Part shown: piece by piece, positions 54,398 to 64,000 of the stretch
Position numbering within the stretch: the stretch's first letter is position 1
How the letters are laid out: each line of letters opens with the position of its first letter
From: Eledone cirrhosa
Taxonomy: Eukaryota
DNA: 64,000 nucleotides
NCBI GenBank assembly: GCA_964016885.1
Contig: OZ024748.1
Coordinates: 1,612,001-1,676,000 of the forward strand
Reading direction: 5' to 3'
Position numbers and translations under genes: made by a program
The notes under the pieces: model-generated
What the model was told of the DNA's origin: nothing
The model's database searches: none
What the model saw: only the letters and a program-made list of their open reading frames with translations

Positions 54398-54535
54398 GTT
54401 AGTTCATTTGCATCACAGAATACCAGGAACTACATTTCTTGAGCCATAGCCACTGTGTACACCAGTGTAGCCTTCCTTATACTGTTCAACATGTCCATTG
54501 AAGTTGCCTTTTAGGATGATGAGGTCTCTGCCATC
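54398..54535 (-). mobile_element. RTE LINE AP-endonuclease fragment
   Basis: Minus translation DLIILKGNFNGHV...GVHSGYGSRN.. then (frameshift) FLVFCDANEL; degenerate GDFNGHV motif. Confidence 0.7.
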
Positions 54536-54561
54536 ATTATATATATATATAATATAGAAAT

Positions 54562-54612
54562 GGCTTCTACAGGACTAGAACTGTTTCATTCAGGAGAAAT
54601 CATCAGGAAGCC
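54562..54612 (-). ncRNA. Type I hammerhead ribozyme motif
   Basis: Minus strand reads GGCUUC-CUGAUGA-UUUC[UCCU]GAAU-GAAA-CAG[UUCUAGUC]CUG-UA-GAAGCC: perfect 6-bp stem I, full catalytic core, 4-bp stem III, GUA triplet; stem II is closed by a U-U mismatch. Confidence 0.8.
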
Positions 54613-54661
54613 TGGGGATTTTTACAGCCAGATGCCCTTCCTAACTCCAACCACATGTTTT

Positions 54662-54709
<48 letters not shown>

Positions 54710-55397
54710 GATATGTGGTTGGTGCTAGGAAGGGCATCTGGCCAAATTCACAGTTCTGTCCTTGCAATGCATGGTGCGGCCAAACTGGCCAAACTTATCT
54801 CATGATGTGGATGGCCCATCTAGCCCATGTCAACATGGAAAATGGACATTAAATGATGATGATGTTATGGAAAGAGAAAAAGTCATATATCATTTGAGAA
54901 ACTCATAGCATTTTGTACACATATAAAGAGCGAATGATATGTAGGAAAATATACAAACTTTAAGGTGGAAAAAACTTTTTCATATTCAGCTGTTTCATAA
55001 ATCAAAGAACGAAGTAAAACCATTGATCTAAGTAATCAATTACCAACTATTGATTTTGATAAAGCAACTAAGACTGACCTAATCTTCAGTGGGATTGTCT
55101 TAATATATGTCCCACAATGTACAAAACACCTTTATATCTGTCAGGAGTAGGGATTTTAAATCTCCTCCACATGGTGTCAAAACAAGGGTCAATTGAGCAT
55201 TTTTATTGAGAAACATAATCATCATACATTTAATATGTATCAATACCATAACATAGTATATATATATATAATATGCAACTTTATATATATATATGGTGGT
55301 GCTCCTCAGTCTAGTGGCAGAAACCAATGATGGAGTTTGAGTGTGTGTGTGTGTGTATATAGCACTAGTTATATGCTATATTTAACACATATAAAGT

Positions 55398-55652
55398 ATT
55401 TCCTTGAGCAAGACACTTTATTTCACATTGCTCCAGTTTACTCAGCTGTAGAAATGAGACTAGAGGGACTGGGGTCCCTATCATTCCACTGCAAAGTGGT
55501 CGTGGAGGTGCCACGGCAAAAAAGCACCCAGCCCACACTGTAAATGAGGTTGGTGTTAGGAAGGACATCCAGCTGTAGAAATCAAGCCAGAATCAGTTCC
55601 CATCCCACCCTTGCAAGCAGGGAAAAGCGGACGTAAAATGATGATGATGATG
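55398..55652 (+). mobile_element. Composite SINE with RTE-type tail
   Basis: Ends in gcaagcagggaaaagcggacgtaaaa(tga)n, matching the RTE 3' end at 24245; inverted near-identical copy at 59486-59728. Confidence 0.75.
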
Positions 55653-55819
55653 ATATGTGTGTGTGTGTCTAATATACATGTGAATGTACCCATTCTTTAT
55701 AGTTTCTCTGTTCTATTTATTTCTCAGCTGTAACCTAGTTATATAGTTATATGCTATACTTAACATACGCACACACACACGCACAAACATATACATACAC
55801 ACACACACCCATACACACA

Positions 55820-55872
<53 letters not shown>

Positions 55873-56203
55873 TTGATGACATAATTCTCGATAATCTCAA
55901 CTAAAATTACAAGAGTGTCATTATCATGAAATATGTTAACTACATCAATTTAATGTTAAACAATAAACAAACGAAACAGACTTGAGTAATATAAATTCCT
56001 CGAAAGGTCCAGTCAAGCAGTGATGTGGTTAAAAAGAAGTTCACTATATTAACCATGAGGCTTAGAGGTCAGCCCCCAACAGTACAGTCCCTTGGACAAG
56101 TGTCTTCTACTGGACCCTTTGCTTGACCATTGATTTGGGGTTGGAATTCTTATTTTCAAACTTAATTGAAAATCACAGGCAGTGATATATATTTATATAT
56201 ATA

Positions 56204-56298
56204 CAGGGTGTCCCCAAAAATGTATGCACACTTCAACAGCATTCTAATGAATAATGCCTGTACAGGTATTCAAAGTGTGTATACATTTTTGGGGGACA
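56204..56298. mobile_element. Tc1/mariner-type MITE
   Basis: TA|CAGGGTGTCCCCAAAAAATGTAT ... ATACATTTTTGGGGGACA. Confidence 0.75.
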
Positions 56299-56311
56299 AC
56301 TTCTATGTGTG

Positions 56312-56344
<33 letters not shown>

Positions 56345-57759
56345 AGACATATATATAATCAAACATGGTTGGGAGGACCCTTCAATTGTGTCAGTCATGT
56401 TGACCTCTCTAGTGTCGGTGCCATGATGAAATGCACTTGGTAGAGTGTGGGATTCCTTTGATCATAGGTATACTCAGCCTGTTGCTAAACCACCACAACA
56501 ACATTACATTATTTACCAGTATATTTCTCTCAACAGTTCTTAAACAGATTTGAGAAGGAAATTAACAGCTGTTTATAACAACATTACTTCACTCCTCTCC
56601 ATCTTTTCTCTCCTCCTCCTCCTTCATTTTGGAGATAAGCAAGGCATTTCACTATTTCTTTTTCTTCTCTCATCAGCAAAATGTTTAACATGCCATTAAC
56701 ATCGCTACACAAATATCATCATCATCACTATCATCATTTTATGTCCGCTTTCCATGGTAGTGTGGACTGGACAGGTTGTCATGGTTTGAATATTTCTTAT
56801 TCAGAGTTATTGCACTTCTGAACTGGTTGGAGAACCACATCCCACTTAAACATTCCATTTTTTAGCAGAGTTTCTATGGCTGAATGCTCTTCCTATTACC
56901 TTCCATTTTTTCATAATAGTGAGAGATGGTGAGAGCAGGAGAGACAGAAGCCAGTGACAGTAGGAGTTTCGTTCCTCTTTGTTTGGACCTAGTGTATACG
57001 GATATATATTTATTTACTGCACCACGTTACATACTCCCAAGTGATTGTGACCACACATCCATACTTACACCTAGATTCTTCTTAAATATATCTATAACTT
57101 CTCACTACCTTCTCTGAGATATTTCAGCTAGGTTACACACACCAATGACCTACTGCTACATGTATTTATTTTACCATACAATCTCAAACAAAGGTTTTCT
57201 CTAAATCAACAAGAGCAAATGTAGGTGTAATTTAATGCTTTTAATTCCAATCTACTTGAAACCATACCTGGTTCTATGACACACAACTGTTTTATAATTT
57301 ATCTAAATATTTAAATATGTGTGTCCCAGACCATCCCTAATATATGAAGTGGCTGTTTGCAGTCATTATGGTTTACATGTATCTAGGGTATATACAGAGG
57401 CATCCAGAGAAAAACCACTCAAGTAATTGACATAAAATTACTCAGACATTCTCCAGTATCTGGTCCACAGATATGTTGTCTCTTTCTAAGCTTCTAGTTC
57501 TACAACAATAGCTGGCTCATTTCATGCCACATCCTCTCAGGAACATTCAACTCTTTCATTCCATCTTCATTGTCAACAACTCCTGCTAGGCTCCACACAA
57601 ACCAATATACCCAGGTCTTCTTACCCAGAATGTCAGCCCTCTGGAAATCCCTCCTTGCTCATGACTTTTCTAACAAGAGTCAACTTGCAACCATTTAAGC
57701 AGAACATCAAAAACATTAATCTTTGCAGCCTCCCTTTTTTCTCATCCCATCTTGATATC

Positions 57760-58040
57760 TGAGGGTTGGGGGGACTTATAGACCAGTACTCTCCATCTTT
57801 TCCTGTCTCTTGCCATTGCCATACATTCCACCAAACTCCTTCCTGTCCATCTACTTTTCTGCCATCCCCTGGCCCTTCCCCCCTGTATTTGTCCTTCAAG
57901 GATGTGGGTAATCAAGTTCTGGTCCCTGATAATATGACCAAAATACTGAAGTTACCTCTTCCTTACTGTTTCAACCAACTATCGATTGGCACCAATCTCT
58001 TCCAAGACAGATTCATTTGTTCTGTGAGTTGTCCAACTAA
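57760..58040 (-). mobile_element. RTE LINE 3'-region fragment
   Basis: Minus translation includes VRKR*LQYFGHIIRDQNL and a GRARG..W-like segment. Confidence 0.6.
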
Positions 58041-58365
58041 TTCTAAGTGGAGCCTATTGTTGATTATTGTCAAAATTATTTGAAAATAAAAGGCTGTGTA
58101 TTTCATGAGATATGGTAACATGAGGCTGAAAGACATTGGCAGTGTCTATCATTAGAATATAATAAGGAAAGGGTTAAAGACATGTACCTATGTAATGTCA
58201 AATGTTGTACTAAATCAAGAAAACGGACTTTGTTACACGTGATTTAATTAGTATCTAAGATAAAGAAACAACTAACTATATATAATTGAAGTATCTTTTG
58301 ATTTCTCTAATTGACTCTTAAGACATTTGTTTAATGTTTTTCATTTGTTTTTTTTTTCTTTTCAG

Positions 58366-58427
58366 AGAACAAATGGGTGCACACACCCGAATCCCTTTTA
58401 CAGGGACACATAGCATATAATGTTAAG
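58366..58427 (+). CDS. GULP1: Internal exon of a PTB-domain engulfment adaptor (CED-6/GULP1 family), start of the PTB domain
   Basis: Strong acceptor (long T tract + TTTCAG|) and donor (AAG|GTAAGT); 62 nt, phase 1 to 0, encoding NKWVHTPESLLQGHIAYNVK, matching the CED-6/GULP1 signature W-x-H-x-P-E/D-x-L-x-x-G/x-H-x-x-Y-x-x-K that precedes FLG. The next exon is not seen in the window. Confidence 0.85.
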
Positions 58428-59258
58428 GTAAGTTCCTTGTTACAATGTTTCATCATCATCATCAAATAGAGCAATGTCTCTGAATAAGAACTGACCTGGA
58501 CCATAACAATCCGTCCAACCCATGCCAGCATGGAAAGTGGACATGAAATTATGATGTTGTTGATCTTTTCAAACAAAAATCTCTTTGATGTTTGACAAAT
58601 TGGCAGTCATTAGAACTTTGTAAAGAATACTTTGTGGTATTCAGTCTGGCTTTCTACACTCAAATCCTGCCAATATCTATTTTGCTTTTCATCCTTTCAA
58701 GCCCATAAAAAAGTAGCATTTCGGTATTGGGGTTGATTCTTCCTCTATATCTCTTTCACACTTCTCTCTTTCGTGCTCCTAGATGAAATCAGCTATGTTC
58801 CAAGTTGAAGAGAGGATGGGCTCCTCCAAGTTTAAAGTGCCCAACACAATGCAGTATGTCACGAAAGCACTCTATCAAGGGTTACATGTCCATCCATCCA
58901 TCTATCTATTTATCTATCTATCTGATTTCCTCAGCTGCCATACATATTCCAGTTTTAATCATTTGAACCTTTAACCTTTCCAGTAGTTGTTCTAAACTAT
59001 TTTTTTTCACTTTGTATACATTCTGTAAACATTTAGATATAATTAATTTTATCCTATCTTTTTATGAGATTTATAAATCACATTATCAACCTTTCTTTAA
59101 TGTAATGTAATATGATATTCTTCTTATCTAAATTAACCTGTTCCCATTTATTATAAATGTAGGATTCCTCTCTAATTACCTCTTATCTTAAAAGCTAACT
59201 TTTGATATATGCAAAAAGTAAATGGAAACAACAAAGCAAACAACACAGTAAAATGAAG

Positions 59259-59309
<51 letters not shown>

Positions 59310-59485
59310 GGTGTTAGGAAGGGCAATCAGCTGTAAAAATCCTGGTCAAATTTACAGTCCTATCTGAACAAGGCCTGGTGTGGCCAGCTGATCAGACTTC
59401 TCTCATGATGTGGCCGACCTGTCTAACCCATGCAAGCATGGAAAAATAGATTTTAAACAGTGATGATCATCATTTCATCATCATT

Positions 59486-59802
59486 TCATTTTACGTCCGC
59501 TTTTCCCTGCTTGCAAGGGTGGGACGGGAACTGATTCTGGCTTGATTTCTACAGCTGGATGCCCTTCCTAACACCAACCTCATTTACAGTGAGTGCTGGG
59601 TGCTTTTTTGCCGTGGCACCTCCACGACCACTTTGCAGTGGAATGATAGGGACCCCAGGCCCTATCATCTCATTTCTACAGCTGAGTAAACTGGAGCAAT
59701 GTGAAATAAAGTGTCTTGCTCAAGGAAACAACACATCACCCAGTCTGAGAATTGAACTCACAACCTTTCGATTGCAAAGCCAATGCTCTAACCACTAAGC
59801 CA
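59486..59802 (-). mobile_element. Composite SINE with RTE-type tail (inverted partner of 55398-55652)
   Basis: Reverse complement nearly identical to the 55398 copy over ~240 bp; retains the tRNA-like head (tggcttagtggttagagc..gagttcaattc). Confidence 0.8.
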
Positions 59803-60189
59803 TGATGATGATAATATTTATTTATTTGAATAATTGATGCTCTAAACCAAGGTCTATTGAGCTTATTTATTGAGAAACATGATCATCATACATATAAAAT
59901 ATGTATTGGTACTTCAACATAGTATATATATATATATGTATATACTTAGGAAGGGCATTCAGCTGTAGAAACCAAGCCCAAATCAGTTCTGTATAAGCAT
60001 GTTAGCTTGGAAGAATGGATATAAAAGGATGATGATGACTGTACCAGTGCAATCTTCTCTCTTGCATACTACATTTAATTATTTTTATACAGTTTTTTTC
60101 CTCAACCCATCTTTACTTTGTCATTTATGCTCACTAACATTCCACATAAATTATTATTGTTGTTATTTTAGCTATATTTTTTTCAGCCC

Positions 60190-60345
60190 TTTATATTCTG
60201 AGTTCAAATCCCACCAAGGTCAACTTCGCTTTTCAGTCTTTTTGGGGGTTAATAAAATAAAGTACCAGCTAAGTACTGGGGTCAATATATATTCGACTTT
60301 TTCCTCCTCACAATTTGCAGGCATTGTGCCTAAATTAGAAATCAT
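60190..60345 (+). mobile_element. tRNA-derived SINE, degenerate
   Basis: ctgagttcaaatccc..aataaaataaagtaccag..gtgcctaaattagaaa. Confidence 0.7.
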
Positions 60346-62191
60346 TGATAATAACAATATTATATAATAATAACAATAATAATGATAATATATAATAAAT
60401 AATAATAATAATAATAATAAGTAATAATGATAATAACAATGATCTATAACGAAAAAAAAAAATGATTATCATTATTGTTGTTGTTGGACAAAACCAGACA
60501 TCTTAGTAGCTCTTCCAGATTTTTTTTTTTTTATATTTTCTTCAATCTCATTTTACTTTATATATTTTTCTTGAATTGGCAAGCATTGGCAAGCATTTCA
60601 GATCAATAAAATTCATTATTGTTTTTAGGTCACGTAAAATTCTTTACTTTCTCTAAATAAATGGCCGACTGTGTATTCTTGAAGCTGTATTCATGCCATC
60701 AGCTCCAGCGGACTCTTTTATTGTTAAAAGTGTTCCACTTATGGTAGCAGTCCTTTGGAATTCTTTCCCTTTAGGTTTAATGAAGGACACCTCCTTCCAT
60801 TTAAAAAAGAAAATACAGGCAATTGTTTAAATTGAAGTACTTTCGATAATTTACTTCAGTCAGACTTTCCATAATTACAAGGAATGAAGGCACGTGTCTT
60901 AGGGGTTATGATGTTTGGCTTGTGATCGTAAGGTCGTGATTTCAATTCCCAATGGTGTGTTGTGTAGTGTACATAAGCAAAACACTTTATTTCATGTAGC
61001 TCCAGTTAACACAGCTGGGAAAAAATTAGCTGTACTTGTGGTTCAAAGGGCCAGCCTTGTCACACTGTGTCCTGTTGAATCTTCCTGATTGTAGAATTCT
61101 CAGTCATTTACACATTAATTTCACCAGCAGGTTCTGTTGATCAAACAACTGACAGAGGTCCAACACAGATAATTGTCACCATTTTATTAATGTCTTGTAC
61201 ATGGTCTCCTCTTCCATTAAGTCAGCATTGAATGCAAGTTATAAGCAGTGTTTTTCATGAGAATAAGAGTTAATGACCAATTGGCTAGGTTTGACATTAA
61301 ACCCTTTTGTTATATTTCTAATAAAAGATACTACCTGACAATATTAGGGCAACATGACCCTCCCCGAGTATAACAATACCACCTGTGATTTTTAAAGTAA
61401 GAATTTTAGTTTACCTTCTCATTATTAAGTTGATGTTTGGAACATAACTTAACGATTATGATGGAAGTTTTTTTTTTAGATAAATGTGAACACTTTCAAA
61501 TGAGAGAATCGTATCATAGAACTTGAACTGGTATCAGGCAGGCTGATTTCTAAAGATTTAAATGGTCTATAATGGTTATAGCTTAATCTATCAATATTTA
61601 TTGTAAAGCTCAAAGCAAATATACACAACCAACTCTAAAACCATTTATTTAATCAATATATATAAAAAGAAACATGGTTTGATGTGTTTTTGGCTGTACT
61701 AGTGGCAGTTTGTTGGAGATAGACTCACTGTTTCAAATAATTTTGAAAATAATCAAAAATTTAGGTAGTGTTTAGTTATATGACTTTGTCATTATTAAGC
61801 TGGTGTTTGGAACATAACTTAAAAAAGGTTCTTACATAGAATTACGACAGGTGTTTTAGATAAATATAAACATTTTAAAATGAACATCTAAGTATGTTAG
61901 GAGCAGTTATAGGCAGCTTAGTATGAAAAGGGTTAGATACTTTTTCTGATGGTGAATATAGGACATATGGTTTGTCTTTCTGAATGGCACACCTAATTTC
62001 AAAATTGCCTTTTTAGTAGTGTGGCCAACCTTATGATGAACCACATCCTATGTGGGGTTAACTTTGCATGAACCACATCCTATGTGGTCCACCTTATGAT
62101 GAGCCACATCCTATGTGGCCCACAGCTTGAAAATAGTTGCCCATGCCTGGTTTAGTATTAAAAGGGTTAAAGGTTTAAATTCTTGTAAATA

Positions 62192-64000
62192 TCCTGTTGT
62201 TGCAAGGTCCTGTATTAGTGCAAGGTCCTGTGTTAGTGCAAGATCCTGTTGTTACATGGTCCTGTATTAGTGCAACGTCCTGTGTTAGTGCAAGATCCTG
62301 TGTTAGTGCAAGATCCTGTTGTTGCATGGTCCTGTATTAGTGCAACGTCCTGTGTTAGTGCAAGATCCTGTGTTAGTGCAAGATCCTGTTGTTGCATGGT
62401 CCTGTATTAGTGCAACGTCCTGTGTTAGTGCAAGATCCTGTTGTTGCATGGTCCTGTATTAGTGCAACGTCCTGTGTTAGTGCAAGATCCTGTGTTAGTG
62501 CAAGATCCTGTTGTTGCATGGTCCTGTATTAGTGCAACGTCCTGTGTTAGTGCAAGATCCTGTTGTTGCATGGTCCTGTGTTAGTGCAACGTCCTGTGTT
62601 AGTGCAAGATCCTGTGTTAGTGCAAGATCCTGTTGTTGCATGGTCCTGTATTAGTGCAACGTCCTGTGTTAGTGCAAGATCCTGTTGTTGCATGGTCCTG
62701 TATTAGTGCAACGTCCTGTGTTAGTGCAAGATCCTGTTGTTGCATGGTCCTGTATTAGTGCAACGTCCTGTGTTAGTGCAAGATCCTGTTGTTGCATGGT
62801 CCTGTATTAGTGCAACGTCCTGTGTTAGTGCAAGATCCTGTGTTAGTGCAAGATCCTGTTGTTGCATGGTCCTGTATTAGTGCAACGTCCTGTGTTAGTG
62901 CAAGATCCTGTTGTTGCATGGTCCTGTATTAGTGCAACGTCCTGTGTTAGTGCAAGATCCTGTTGTTGCATGGTCCTGTATTAGTGCAACGTCCTGTATT
63001 AGTGCAACGTCCTGTGTTAGTGCAAGATCCTGTTGTTGCATGGTCCTGTATTAGTGCAACGTCCTGTGTTAGTGCAAGATCCTGTTGTTGCATGGTCCTG
63101 TATTAGTGCAACGTCCTGTGTTAGTGCAAGATCCTGTGTTAGTGCAAGATCCTGTTGTTGCAAGGTCCTGTGTTAGTGCAAGATCCTGTTGTTGCATGGT
63201 CCTGTATTAGTGCAACGTCCTGTGTTAGTGCAAGATCCTGTGTTAGTGCAAGATCCTGTTGTTGCAAGGTCCTGTGTTAGTGCAAGATCCTGTTGTTGCA
63301 TGGTCCTGTATTAGTGCAAGGTCCTGTGTTAGTGCAAAGTCCTGTGTTAGTGCAAGATCCTGTTGTTGCATGGTCCTGTATTAGTGCAAAGTCCTGTATT
63401 AGTGCAAGGTCCTGTTGTTGCATGGTCCTGTATTAGTGCAACGTCCTGTGTTAGTGCAAGATCCTGTGTTAGTGCAAGATCCTGTTGTTGCAAGGTCCTG
63501 TGTTAGTGCAAGATCCTGTTGTTGCAAGGTCCTGTGTTAGTGCAAGATCCTGTTGTTGCATGGTCCTGTATTAGTGCAAAGTCCTGTATTAGTGCAAGGT
63601 CCTGTTGTTGCATGGTCCTGTATTAGTGCAACGTCCTGTATTAGTGCAAGGTCCTGTGTTAGTGCAAGATCCTGTTGTTGCATGGTCCTGTATTAGTGCA
63701 ACGTCCTGTGTTAGTGCAAGATCCTGTTGTTGCATGGTCCTGTATTAGTGCAAGGTCCTGTGTTAGTGCAAAGTCCTGTGTTAGTGCAAGATCCTGTTGT
63801 TGCATGGTCCTGTATTAGTGCAACGTCCTGTGTTAGTGCAAGATCCTGTGTTAGTGCAAGATCCTGTTGTTGCAAGGTCCTGTGTTAGTGCAAGATCCTG
63901 TTGTTGCAAGGTCCTGTGTTAGTGCAAGATCCTGTTGTTGCATGGTCCTGTATTAGTGCAAAGTCCTGTATTAGTGCAAGGTCCTGTTGTTGCATGGTCC
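62192..64000. repeat. Minisatellite with 16/18-bp monomers in 52/70-bp higher-order units; runs off the window end
   Basis: Monomers gatcctgttgttgcat, ggtcctgtattagtgcaa, cgtcctgtgttagtgcaa, with an optional extra gatcctgtgttagtgcaa. Confidence 0.95.

Noticed and set aside
49987-54449. ORFs up to 1200 aa in all three + frames (Cys/His/Ser-rich)
   Set aside because: The 31-bp unit has no stop codon in any + frame; pure satellite translation, lying inside a broken LINE and an intron.
58783-58974. Next GULP1 exon
   Set aside because: Translation lacks the expected FLG..EV..PKG motif; the following PTB exon is probably beyond the window.

Overview
AT-rich, repeat-saturated animal genomic DNA. 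The SINE, RTE-LINE and microsatellite landscape suggests a coleoid cephalopod such as Octopus (inference). Almost all long ORFs in the track are artefacts of tandem repeats. The one recognisable host gene is a + strand CED-6/GULP1-type PTB engulfment adaptor: a 62-nt exon at 58366-58427 encodes NKWVHTPESLLQGHIAYNVK, and a phase-compatible candidate first coding exon lies at 45284-45452. A possible divergent promoter at ~31-33.4 kb and a chain of minus-strand splice donors hint at a second, leftward transcript. The rest is SINEs, RTE LINE fragments (one with a PHD finger inside ORF2, one split by a 4.4-kb minisatellite), a non-autonomous Helitron, several MITE families and about ten large mini/microsatellite arrays. 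The most notable hidden structure is two families of type I hammerhead ribozyme motifs (intact-looking copies at 43781-43845 + and 54562-54612 -, plus truncated or degenerate copies). They sit next to (TA)n tracts, as do many fold-back inverted duplications, which cluster in the GULP1 intron.
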